Shown here piece after piece: positions 1 through 10,396 of a stretch of 37,032 nt of DNA. The translations under genes and the position numbers were made by a program. The notes under the pieces are model-generated. The model was not told the DNA's origin. It did not search any database and saw nothing but the letters and a program-made list of their open reading frames with translations. This DNA comes from Trichomonas gallinae. Lineage: Eukaryota. The stretch covers positions 1 through 37,032 of the forward strand of contig MRSU01002519.1 in NCBI GenBank assembly GCA_008369845.1. The letters run 5' to 3'. The stretch's first letter is position 1; each line of letters starts with the position of its first letter.

Positions 1-708
1 CTAGATTCCCATCAAAAAAATCCCGGTGGAGTGTTCTTGGGCTCTACTGTAGCGTCGAACCTGACACGTTTTATAAGCAGAGGCTATTTTTGACAATTTT
101 AAAAAATCTGCCGGACTACCTTTATATTTTTAACAAATGTCAGAAATTTCTGAATTCATTGAATGACTCGAATCGACAATTATAGCTGTACTGCTCAATA
201 ATAGATAATTATAATATAACATTATAAACTTGGTTTTCCATTTTTGGTCAAATAAAGCAGGCCAGCATTCATCTATAGTATTGTGTTGAAGCTTCATTTG
301 AAAAAAATTAATTTGACATATTGACAAAAATTTGACAAATTGACAATGATAAATGCCAAAAAAATTCTGTATTACATTATTAGTGGTTAGATAACTATAA
401 TAAAACTTAATGAAACAAGGGCAACAAAGGTGTATACACGCAATTTCTACTACATAATTACTCCATCAAGCGAAATAATTGACTACAGACCCAATTTCTG
501 ACAATTACCAAAAATTCACCAGGTTAATAATTGAAGTCTACTAACATAGTTGAGTAGAACCGAACAAACATAGTAGGTAAATATTATTGTATACTATATA
601 TCCTAATAGCATGAGAAGAAACTAAAACACATTTCATTTCCATTGTGCAGAAAAAATACACATAAAGGTGACATAAAATGTATTACTAAAAGCAAAATCA
701 TTCACTAA

Positions 709-1437
709 GCATATATATCTGATAGATTTGTTATTCGATTTAATGGCAATAAGATTGCCACAGCACCATCTGCTCCAGATAAAAATGCTATTAAATACAT
801 TTCCATTGAAGAAGGATATATTTCTACCACAGAGGATATATTTTGGGGTTTTAATAACCTCAAAAATGTAGAATTACCAAATTCAATGGAATATTTGAAT
901 GACTCACTATTTCATCGCTTACCAATCAAATATATATTTTTACCAAAAGGAATTAAACAAATAAATTATTATAACCCTTTTGATATGAGTACTTCATTAG
1001 AAAATATCGATGTTGATCCCAACAATCAATATTTTAAATCAGTTGATGGAATTTTATTTAGTAAAAACATGGATACGTTGTATCAATATCCTATAGGCAA
1101 AAAACAAAACAAATATATTATTCCGAGCTCAGTCAAATACATTGGTTTTGGCGCTTTCTCGAGACAAACAAATCTTAATCAAATTATCATTTCAGATGTA
1201 ACAGAAGCCATATATGGCGAATTTTGCTATGAATGCGCCGATATTATCAAAGAAATTATTGTATTTCGAAGATATGGACAAAAAAAGTTGGATTTGGGTA
1301 CAAATTCATTTGACTATACAACATTTCAAGCATCGGATATAACATATATTTATTCCAAATTTGTCCCGAAGACATGTGAATTGAATTATAATATTTATTC
1401 TATTTCAATGACTCTTCTTCCTTTTATTGTTATTTGA
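709..1437 (+). pseudogene. BspA-like leucine-rich repeat surface protein, 5' end disrupted (ORF track start 886)
   Basis: TpLRR/BspA-type repeats (FNNLKNVELPNSMEYL, IKYIFLPKGIKQI, LENIDVDPNNQYFKSVDGILFSKNMDTLYQYP, YIIPSSVKYIGFGAF) and a hydrophobic C-terminus. The frame is open upstream of 886 back to 709 (AYISDRFVIRFNG...) but bounded by TAA at 706-708. The nearest upstream ATG at 678 reads ATG TAT TAC TAA in another frame, so the N-terminus looks broken. Confidence 0.75.
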
Positions 1438-1596
1438 TACTAGAATATTCTCTAATGATAGACTCTAATAAACAATAAAATGAAGATATTATTATCATAA
1501 TTTAATTTTTCGTTTTTATAATATTGTAATGTGAATGTGTTATTTAACTGGATTAATGAAAGAATAAACAAAATTTAATTATACAAAATAAAAATA

Positions 1597-2128
1597 TTAT
1601 GAAATCGCAATAGAATGGAATAAGTTATTGAGCTTTGTCCTTGTTGAGTTCAGAGACAGATTTGAAAGTCTATCGAATTCTAATTTCGCTTCTTCATCGG
1701 TCTTATCCAAGAAAATCATGTCAGTCATATATCTGATGTCTTCTGGGAATGTAGTTCAAGTATTCCTGCCCCAAGCATCAATGTAAACAGTGCAACCAAA
1801 AGATTTGTGTTGTGTCTGAGAATGTTCAAAGCTTTTCCGCACAAATTTCGAAATTCGTTGAACATTATGCTGTCAACATCTCCCAAAACTCTTGCACAAG
1901 CAGGACTGAAGTGGAATAGCGAATTTTCTCGCTGATATCCAAGCTTTGTCTTGAGATTATTGTAGATACCAATTCCGTACAGAAACAAGATTGTCTGACA
2001 TAAACGAAATTTTGGATTGGAGTATCACCGGCAATGATTTCGTCAGTGCCTTGAAGCACAAATGCGTAATTATTTGGATCATAATTGCAATCTACTGTGT
2101 GATGGACTTTTAGTTTTTCTGAAGTTTA
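1597..2128 (-). pseudogene. Class I-like phosphatidylinositol 3-kinase pseudogene with large internal deletion
   Basis: Manual translation gives an RBD-like segment NNYAFVLQGTDEIIAGDTPIQNFVYVRQ, then the catalytic C-lobe NLKTKLGYQRENSLFHFSPACARVLG...FRNLCGKALNILRHNTNLLVALFTLMLGAGILEL. After a frameshift near 1745 it continues PEDIRYMTDMIFLDKTDEEAKLEFDRLSNLSLNSTRTKLNNLFHSIAIS* (stop 1599-1597). No DRH or DFG motif is present. Confidence 0.85.
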
Positions 2129-2837
2129 CATGATTTTAAGTATGGAAGAAAAATAATAAAAAAGTCCTGTGTTTACAAAGGTCTCAATATTGAGAGAAAG
2201 TGGACATTACTATTTGCGGTTACATTTTTGATTAATCTAAATATATTTGTCGTTTTAATTTTTAAATTTATATTTCCGGGAAAAAATATAAATATCTTCC
2301 AGTTTGGCATCTCTAATTTGTTATATAGAAAATTGAAAATTCTTTTTTTTGCCTTAAATTATTTTTATCGTTGAGTCGTTTGAGTTTTGTCATTTTTACA
2401 GAGTAAACTCCCCTATGACGTACTTTTCTGTGGTGCTGAGCATGCTTATTGTATTTGTTTCCAGATTTAACCATAGAAACTTCCAGCTTCCATATGATTT
2501 CGAAATATTTTGTCATGTAAAGTGGAAATTTTGATATGTAATTGTAATTTTGCGAGAGTTTGTAATAGTACAGCGGGAGGTATGCTCTGCACGTAAGTAA
2601 ATGTATGCTGTTTGATTGGTGCGCGTGGATATTTTTAGCTAATTAGATTTGACTTTATGTGCATCCATGAAAGTTCGACTTACCAAAATGAAATTTTTAG
2701 CTAATTGCGGAATAATTTTTGCAATTTTTCGAGTTTTTTTGCCTGAGAAGAAAGAAAATATCTTCTTTATCTATATGTTATAATTTGGTAAAAGATTTTA
2801 GAGGGCTAAGCCAATAAATTTTTTTTTGTGCTGTTTG

Positions 2838-5800
2838 ATGCAATGTAACATCGATGCACTTGCAGAGTTTCTTAAAAACTTCGTTGCAGTGCAATCAGAT
2901 GACAAAATAGAGAAAGAGTCAATATTCAAATTGGTTCCTATAATAAAGAAAAGACAAATTAACAAAATCATTTCAGAATTAAACAATAAAGTGCCAATTA
3001 GGAGAGCATTAGTGCCATTAGTTTCGATTTTCCCGTTCGATAAGGATATTTTATTCCGAATAACTAAAGAATATCGCAATGTCAGATTTACAATACAAAT
3101 TACTTTCGTATTTTGCCTTCAGCTTTTATCAGCAATATTCTGCCCGGAGTTTGTTATCGACAATGACATATTCAATATGTTCCTAACTCAGTTTGAAAGA
3201 TTCCACCCATCATTCAATCCGGCTTTCTTCGTTTCTGAGCTGACTAGTAATGCTGTTGAGACGCCAGAATTCGAATGGACTAACGATTGTCTCACTAATT
3301 ACAGTTTATACGTAATTGGGATGCGAGAACTCGGTGATTTCCCAGGATTTGCGTCATCTTTTGGCGCATTAATAACCAAGATATACTGTATACAAAGATA
3401 TGATCTATGTTTGACATTAATATCTGCGATATACAAGATTTATGCAGAAGATTTTCCTCTTGCTTCGAATGTAGACCATCAAATCATAATAGAATTTATT
3501 TCATTCATGCTCAAGGACTTAAATTCGTTGGCAATTTCAGTTTTGCATCTTTTAATGGAAAGATTTAATTTTCATATCATTCCTGTTATATTAACTGAGT
3601 TAGCAGACATTTTTGCAAACAAAATCAGCGCGTGTGAAGTTTCCATAAGAGTCGATAAATATCCTACAAATCTAAAAGCAGATATAAACGAAATTAATTT
3701 TGATAGAGGAATTCCACCGCCGCCGAAGCTTTTATACGAAGAATATCCTATAGATTTCTTAAGACAAGAACTAATAGACTATTATAACTTAATTCTTCCG
3801 ATCTTTCAGCTTGATAATAAATTCGGTGATACATTATTTTTGTCTTTCCTGTCCGATATTAGGGAATTAGGAGATGAATGCCCTCATTTGATCGATTTCA
3901 TGGAGTTATGCATCAAATTATTAGAAATTCGACCCGACTATAAATTATTAATGGCTTTTTACAATGCTATTGCCGATAAAGTGCTTTTCAGCCCGGATAG
4001 AACGGTTTTCAGCGCAATTTCTTTGGTTGTTTTGTCATATAGAAGGAAATTCTTGGATTTAATCGCTGGATGTGAGTCAAAAATCTTCCCTGGTATCTTA
4101 ATCTTCAAGCAGGACAGCCACCTTCTGTTTTCAGAAATAGTTGGTTATATAACATCGCATAGAGAAACGATTAATATGAAATTATTCGAAAATGAGCAAG
4201 TTATAACTGCAACAGCTATGGTTGCGAAGAAAGTCGTCAACAATTTGTACGCGTTTTCAGTTTTACTAGATTTTACATGCTCATTGATTTCCAAAACAAA
4301 TTCGATTTTCTTTAAACAGATTATTCAGTTAATTGACGTTTTCATGCACAACTACAACTTCCACAGATACATTCTCTCATTTATTTTCCACAAACTCTCA
4401 AAGATTAATACGAATCGTTCAATTAAGCATATTTTAATGTATTTAGTACAGATTTATCAGAGTGGAGCTCATCAAGATGTCATATTAAAGTATATTTCCG
4501 ATTTAATTCACTGCAATCCTACACTTTGCCATCCAATTACAGTTTTAGTTAAACATATTACAGATTTTTCAGTAGAAAACACAGATTACATCCTCAAAAT
4601 ACTGCAACTCATCGATAAAAAGGAACTTGATGCTAAAATCCTGTTAAAAGTCGGTAATTCAATTAAAAAGATTCCGAATTTTGAAAATGATCAACAAATC
4701 TACGCTAGACTGCTCAGTATCATTGCAGCAAACATTCATCTCAACTTAGAAACCAAATTTATCATAGAAAGACCTTATTTTATTATGTTATTATTTATTG
4801 TCTACGGTGACACTAAGAAATTACCTGATATTTTTAAGTTATTCGAACAGCTAACTCAGTATTCATTCGAAAATATCTGGAGACTGCAAATTGGCAATGT
4901 TGATTATATTATCTTGAATTGTTTAAGGAACAACTTCACAAAGACTGAAGTTCCACTGGAAGGAATAACATTTCCAGTCCATATGACAAGGAAACTTTAT
5001 GATGATATGGCGAAAGATCTTTACGAAAAAATTTCATTTATTCAAAGTAACTCAATGGCTATTTCTGAGCTTTCCAGGATATTCTCTAAACCGAAGAACA
5101 ACCTCGATGTAACGAAAGAAGCTGCGGATTTGTTGATTAATACCCTTTCAAAATCTCATATCTTCAATATAGACTATTTTCTTGTCGAATTCAACGACTA
5201 CATCAAGATTGTTGATGATTATGATATTGATTTCAACAAAGAAAATTATTTCGATATTTATATTTCTATTAACGACTATATTGTCGCTCAAACAGGCTGT
5301 TTGTTGAATATTCTCACTATCAAAGATGAATACAACAACGCTTTTAGAATATTTTTACACAACAGCAAAATTTATGCAAGATCTACAACAAATTCAGTAA
5401 GTGTCTCAGTTATTCTTTATACAACATATCAATGGCAAGGCGAAAAATACCTTGGAATTAAATATATACCAAAAGAAGGAAATAACGCGCAATTTATCAC
5501 TTGGTTTGACGACAGGGAGTTCGGCGAGGCTTCTTTCATGATACCGGTCTTCAAAGGGAAGAAGAAGCTCTGCTTCGGAGGAGGAGCAGGACAACAACGT
5601 TATTTCCATTTGATCCAAGGATTATGTGGAAAAATTCAAATTAACGACGACACGTTTAATTTCGAATCCAAACTTTTCAATCTCGCTACTTGTGCCGCTA
5701 GATTCGATCTTCACAACGCCATTACAGTTTATTTCGAAGATTTCGGATCAACTCCATTAGAGCTCGATTTATTAATGTTAGGCATCATCCACAAAATCTT

Positions 5801-8800
5801 TATGTCAACACCTGAATCACAGAAAACATTTTCATGCGTTTTCAAATTATACCAAAATTTTGCTACTACTCCCAAAAAGATGTGTTTCCAGTTATTCAAA
5901 GTTCTACTCGCTGTCTATCAAGATATCACACATCCGAAGCTCAAAAAGAACTGGTTTAGAAGATTAGTTTTTAATTTCACTCTTTGGGCAAAATGTGATG
6001 CAGCATCTTTCTGCTACATCGTTAATCAGATGATTTCTCTCATGCAGGAAGACCAGCTCTACAAAGAAATGAGATATTACGATTTTTCATTCTTCGCTGA
6101 GTGTTTGCTATATTTCAGACTGCTTTTCAGCAGAACTAAGCGTGATAAAGTTCACCCTCACGAAGTCAAATTAAACAGAGTAAATGACGATGCCGGAAAA
6201 GCAAAATGCAATGAGGTAATGATGTGCTTCATTAAGAAGCTCGGCATGTACGCGATGTCTTTCCCTGATATAGACATCCTGCACTCACTGTTGATCGAAG
6301 CTGAAAATCCAAATCTATTTTTAGAAATAATTCGCGATTTAGCTCCTGTTATTTTGAATTTAGATCATGATTTTGCTCAAAAAATGGCATTATACAGGCC
6401 ACTGGACGAGAAAACAACAATAATTCTCTACTGTCAAGCAATGCATAAATTAAATCATCCGAAAATCCACGTTTTATACATGCAACTCGCCCAGAAATAC
6501 ATGAATTCTCCATTCGTAAATGATTTGCTTGCAGATATGATAGAAAACGTCCAATCTTATCCAAATACATTTACATTCATTTTGTCTATGAACAAATTGC
6601 AGACACAAGTACTTCCTGTGATTTTCTCGCTTCTCAACAACGCTCAGATCATTCAACAGATATCTTTTGACGGGACTTGGTATCTACCCATTGTCCAGCA
6701 ATGTTTAACTTCTCACCAATTTTTGCAGCTAGATTCATTCGTCGTTATTTTGGAATTAATTAATAACAATAAGTGGCCTGATGTTAATTTCATGATTTTG
6801 TTCAATATTGTCTTTCTATTCCAAGAAAAATCACTGTGTTCGGACCAGCTATTGTTGACTTTTCTCAAAGCAGCGAAAAAAGTTAAAAATAAAAAGTTCA
6901 TAGAAGAGCTTTTCGTTTGCTGCTCGTTCGGTTTATTGTTCAGCATGAACTACAACATTATCAGGAAAGAATTATCGAAAATCATGGAGCATCATTTAGA
7001 TATATCAAGAGATTCGAGTGAAATATCGAATTTGGACAATATGATATCTTTGTTTAACAATTTCAGCACGACGAAATTATACAATGCATTCGATTATAAT
7101 ATAGAAATCAAAGATCTCTGTCTGTATTATTTCAACGAGATAAAGAATCCAACACAATTCGAAAGAGAAGTCAGAGAAATGATAATGAAAATATTCGATC
7201 ATTCCCTTGTGCACAATGTTCAGCAGTTCGAAGATATAACTAGAGTCCATGATTTATTAAAGCAGAGATTCATGGATGCAATAGAAGTCACAAAGAATCA
7301 TCTATCTCAAGAAATATTCATCGAGCAAAACAACAACATGGAGATAATCTTCGCAGCCAAAAATCAAGCTTCATATTATCTTGAGAACTTCATTGGACAC
7401 ATTGAGCGTTCATATTCAAAGGCAGTTGAGTTCAAACCGAGATTTATCAAAGATAGGCATCTATACAATGGTGCGCCAATGATATTTAAATTCAAAAGAC
7501 CGAAGAAGCCAGACTCATTCAAAATCATTGCTGTTCCTTTCGACTTGAAGGTCAACAAATGTCGTAGACTTTCTTTGACATCAAACAAGGAAGCGTCAAT
7601 AAGAATCGACAACAACAAACTAATCTATACAACGAAATCAAAAGAAATTGCTTTTTCTTTTGATAAAATCAAATACGTAAGAAAAGTTGCCAAAGACATG
7701 GAAATAAGATTCGTCGACGGCAACACTTTTCTGCTTCAGTTCGACAGTGCAAACGGCGCAGAACTACAGAAGCCGTTCTTTTATGTTTTTAACAAGCCAT
7801 ATTTCGAATTTAACTCCAATGAAACATCATTCAATGTTATATTGGACTTGAATGAGAAATGTTTGGGTAGATCTTTCAACGCACAATCATCTTATCCAAT
7901 TTTCCCAAGATTTTTATGGTCAATTGAAGATTTTTCACTTCTGAGAGATTTCACTAATGATCTGGATTTCTCTGATCCTCCGCCAGTTACTCGCGCTGTC
8001 GGCAAGAAGATTCATAGACTTGAAGATGAATTCGAAAAGAATTTTCTTTTGGCTGATTTCTTCTTCAATTTCGATGCTATTTTCCCAGATGATCACATTC
8101 CGAAGGGCTGTAGAGATAAATACGACTTCTTGTACAATCTCAGAAGAACAATAGAGACAGAAGAATTCAGAGAGAAACTAATTAAATGGATGAGAAACAT
8201 GAAAATCGATTTCAAGATAAGAAATGTCAAATACGACAACTACAACTTTGATCAATCTTTTTCGATTCCAATACAAGACCCAGATTTCATCGCAGCATTC
8301 GCAGCACCAGAAAACAAGTTCCACGTTTTCATACAAAAAGGTGCAATAATGAAACAATACATTCTCGCGCCAAACAATAAAGAGTTGAAATTCAGGAGAG
8401 ATTATGATGTCACCGACAGAACATTCACTAGATCTAATGACTGCATGATTGCTATAACAAACGTCGGCCAGCCAATAGTTTATTTCCCAAATAAAGTTGA
8501 CGCGAAAGACATAAACAGATGCATGCGATATAAAACATCGTCACATGGACAGCAGTTTTCTTACATAGAGACGGGCTATGAAGTCGTCATTGTCGATATC
8601 GATCGCTTCTTTAAAGTCAACGAGAAAATTATTGATTACTGCATCTCGGACACGTTCAATCTGATGGCTGTTGTCACAAACGGCCACTTGTATCTGTTCA
8701 ACGTAAGAAGGAAGAGACTGATTTATGACATCAATATCAATTACACTCCAGTCAAAGTTGAGATCAGTGATGGTTTTTGCTACATTGCTGTTTCTACTAA

Positions 8801-9083
8801 AAAGAACTCATATTTCTACACGCAGACTGGAATTGAGATTAGGAAGTACGATTATCCATTCGACAGATTAATAACTATATCAGGCTTCGACTTCTTCGCA
8901 ACAAAAAGTGATATTGACTTCCTTCTCACTCATATTGTTAGCGGGTTTGCCAAGAAGATACTAGTATCCCGCTATATAGACTTCTGCTTCAACAGCGACA
9001 CTAGAGTTGCTCTTTTCTTTACAAAGGACAAAATCAATTTATTCGATTGTTCTGATCTTATTCCTTTATCAAAATTTGTTTGA
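2838..9083 (+). CDS. Large helical-solenoid protein with degenerate PH-BEACH/BEACH and C-terminal WD40-like region
   Basis: Uninterrupted ~2080-aa ORF with first ATG at 2838. BEACH N-terminal signature FNVILDLNEKCLGRSFNAQSSYPIFP...LLRDFT and C-terminal-like LLADFFFN...IPKGCRDKYDFLYNLRRTIETEEFREKLIKWM. Also WFRRLVFNFTLW (BEACH-family helical motif), a beta-rich ConA-like middle segment and a beta-rich C-terminus. Confidence 0.8.
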   Translation: MQCNIDALAEFLKNFVAVQSDDKIEKESIFKLVPIIKKRQINKIISELNNKVPIRRALVPLVSIFPFDKDILFRITKEYRNVRFTIQITFVFCLQLLSAIFCPEFVIDNDIFNMFLTQFERFHPSFNPAFFVSELTSNAVETPEFEWTNDCLTNYSLYVIGMRELGDFPGFASSFGALITKIYCIQRYDLCLTLISAIYKIYAEDFPLASNVDHQIIIEFISFMLKDLNSLAISVLHLLMERFNFHIIPVILTELADIFANKISACEVSIRVDKYPTNLKADINEINFDRGIPPPPKLLYEEYPIDFLRQELIDYYNLILPIFQLDNKFGDTLFLSFLSDIRELGDECPHLIDFMELCIKLLEIRPDYKLLMAFYNAIADKVLFSPDRTVFSAISLVVLSYRRKFLDLIAGCESKIFPGILIFKQDSHLLFSEIVGYITSHRETINMKLFENEQVITATAMVAKKVVNNLYAFSVLLDFTCSLISKTNSIFFKQIIQLIDVFMHNYNFHRYILSFIFHKLSKINTNRSIKHILMYLVQIYQSGAHQDVILKYISDLIHCNPTLCHPITVLVKHITDFSVENTDYILKILQLIDKKELDAKILLKVGNSIKKIPNFENDQQIYARLLSIIAANIHLNLETKFIIERPYFIMLLFIVYGDTKKLPDIFKLFEQLTQYSFENIWRLQIGNVDYIILNCLRNNFTKTEVPLEGITFPVHMTRKLYDDMAKDLYEKISFIQSNSMAISELSRIFSKPKNNLDVTKEAADLLINTLSKSHIFNIDYFLVEFNDYIKIVDDYDIDFNKENYFDIYISINDYIVAQTGCLLNILTIKDEYNNAFRIFLHNSKIYARSTTNSVSVSVILYTTYQWQGEKYLGIKYIPKEGNNAQFITWFDDREFGEASFMIPVFKGKKKLCFGGGAGQQRYFHLIQGLCGKIQINDDTFNFESKLFNLATCAARFDLHNAITVYFEDFGSTPLELDLLMLGIIHKIFMSTPESQKTFSCVFKLYQNFATTPKKMCFQLFKVLLAVYQDITHPKLKKNWFRRLVFNFTLWAKCDAASFCYIVNQMISLMQEDQLYKEMRYYDFSFFAECLLYFRLLFSRTKRDKVHPHEVKLNRVNDDAGKAKCNEVMMCFIKKLGMYAMSFPDIDILHSLLIEAENPNLFLEIIRDLAPVILNLDHDFAQKMALYRPLDEKTTIILYCQAMHKLNHPKIHVLYMQLAQKYMNSPFVNDLLADMIENVQSYPNTFTFILSMNKLQTQVLPVIFSLLNNAQIIQQISFDGTWYLPIVQQCLTSHQFLQLDSFVVILELINNNKWPDVNFMILFNIVFLFQEKSLCSDQLLLTFLKAAKKVKNKKFIEELFVCCSFGLLFSMNYNIIRKELSKIMEHHLDISRDSSEISNLDNMISLFNNFSTTKLYNAFDYNIEIKDLCLYYFNEIKNPTQFEREVREMIMKIFDHSLVHNVQQFEDITRVHDLLKQRFMDAIEVTKNHLSQEIFIEQNNNMEIIFAAKNQASYYLENFIGHIERSYSKAVEFKPRFIKDRHLYNGAPMIFKFKRPKKPDSFKIIAVPFDLKVNKCRRLSLTSNKEASIRIDNNKLIYTTKSKEIAFSFDKIKYVRKVAKDMEIRFVDGNTFLLQFDSANGAELQKPFFYVFNKPYFEFNSNETSFNVILDLNEKCLGRSFNAQSSYPIFPRFLWSIEDFSLLRDFTNDLDFSDPPPVTRAVGKKIHRLEDEFEKNFLLADFFFNFDAIFPDDHIPKGCRDKYDFLYNLRRTIETEEFREKLIKWMRNMKIDFKIRNVKYDNYNFDQSFSIPIQDPDFIAAFAAPENKFHVFIQKGAIMKQYILAPNNKELKFRRDYDVTDRTFTRSNDCMIAITNVGQPIVYFPNKVDAKDINRCMRYKTSSHGQQFSYIETGYEVVIVDIDRFFKVNEKIIDYCISDTFNLMAVVTNGHLYLFNVRRKRLIYDININYTPVKVEISDGFCYIAVSTKKNSYFYTQTGIEIRKYDYPFDRLITISGFDFFATKSDIDFLLTHIVSGFAKKILVSRYIDFCFNSDTRVALFFTKDKINLFDCSDLIPLSKFV

Positions 9084-9654
9084 ATTTTTTGTTTGTTTAA
9101 TATAAATCCACTATTTATGTATCTTTATTTATTGTCCTTCGTTGATTCTCCAAATAACATTGGAAATTTGAAAATTGTTTTCTTTCATAATAAAAAAAAA
9201 TGATTCCATATTTTGCAAATCAGTTTATAGAAAATCTTTTTTATAGGTTAAAAGTTGGCAACTTCAGGGGAAAATTATCGTTGTCTCGCACTTTTCAACG
9301 ACTCATTTAATTCCCGACAATTCTATCATAATGAATTACTTATTTGAATTTTCACTTGAGTTTTAGGAAATGCAGTGAATGATTATATACGTAAAATGCT
9401 TTTTTAATTTTAAGAGATATTCTGAAATTGATTTAATTTGGTATGCGGATCGTTGCTGCACAATAGTTAACACTGCACATATGTTTTTGATAAATTCGTT
9501 TAGATTCAATAAATCAATGATTTTCTACCGTCATCCGCTTTTCAGGGATCTATTCAATCTAGAGGGGTGCAAAGTGGCATGACCAAAGTTAGGGGTGGAC
9601 AAGCTAATATGGGGAAAACACATAAATATGTAAAAAATGACAGCCAGAATCATC

Positions 9655-9734
9655 TTTGAGATAGCTCAGCCGATAATTAACCGTTTTGATCTCTTAAGGG
9701 GAACGTGTGTTCGATTCGGGTGCGCGCTTTTTTT
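9655..9734 (+). ncRNA. Candidate Pol III tRNA-like element (pseudo-tRNA, SINE head or small ncRNA)
   Basis: A-box-like TAGCTCAGCCG (9662-9672), CTCTTAA resembling a Lys-CUU anticodon loop (9691-9697), B box GTTCGATTC (9709-9717) and a T7 run (9728-9734). Acceptor, anticodon and T stems do not pair properly, so it is not an intact tRNA. Confidence 0.5.
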
Positions 9735-10396
9735 ATTTTTTATGACAGTCAAATTTTAAAATTATAAAGCATAATTTTATACAAATATATATCTAGCAAG
9801 TTATTATAACATGAATGATAAGAATATATCGGCTTAAATGTTATACAAAATTTGCATCATTTCTGATTGGGACAAATATATGTCGTTTTATTAACTGATG
9901 AAGCATAATATTCGTATTTATCAGTGTATTACCGTATATAATATGAGTACAATGGGTTGCACCATATAGTTAAAAATAAAAGCAATCAACTTACCCAATT
10001 TTTCTCATTATCCTTTAAAAACCATTATTTTTATTATATAACATTTATTCTAATAATAATATAAGTTTACAGTGTATAAACAAGTCAACATCACTTGCAT
10101 AGTTCTTGGTAATATTGCCAATAAGGTTCGTCTATAAAATCAAAATTGCATTCCAGTTCATATTACCCCCATTTGCTCGGGAACAGGGATATTGGCAAGA
10201 ATTGGATACTTAATAGGAACGTTACAAATTTCTATGAGCCTGAAATCGCAAATAATCATCTTATCTCTTTATATACTGTCTAGAAAGGATGATTTTGAAT
10301 CTTCATACTAAAATCATGATGCAAGCTATAACTATTCTCAGCATTTTGATTTTATAAATAACGTAAAGCACTTTTAAAATCAAATAACAAACATTT

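Noticed and set aside
2570..2630. GC-richer patch with ACTTAC on the minus strand (possible U1-like snRNA)
   Set aside because: No ACTTACCT 5' end, Sm site or stem-loop set could be supported by eye.
2826..2837. TTG starts given by the ORF track (2826, 14998, 17446, 23331)
   Set aside because: Eukaryotic context. In-frame ATGs at 2838, 17470 and 23361 were used instead, and 14998 was treated as a gene fragment.
9655..9727. Intact tRNA-Lys(CUU)
   Set aside because: Acceptor, anticodon and T stems do not base-pair. Kept only as a tRNA-like element.
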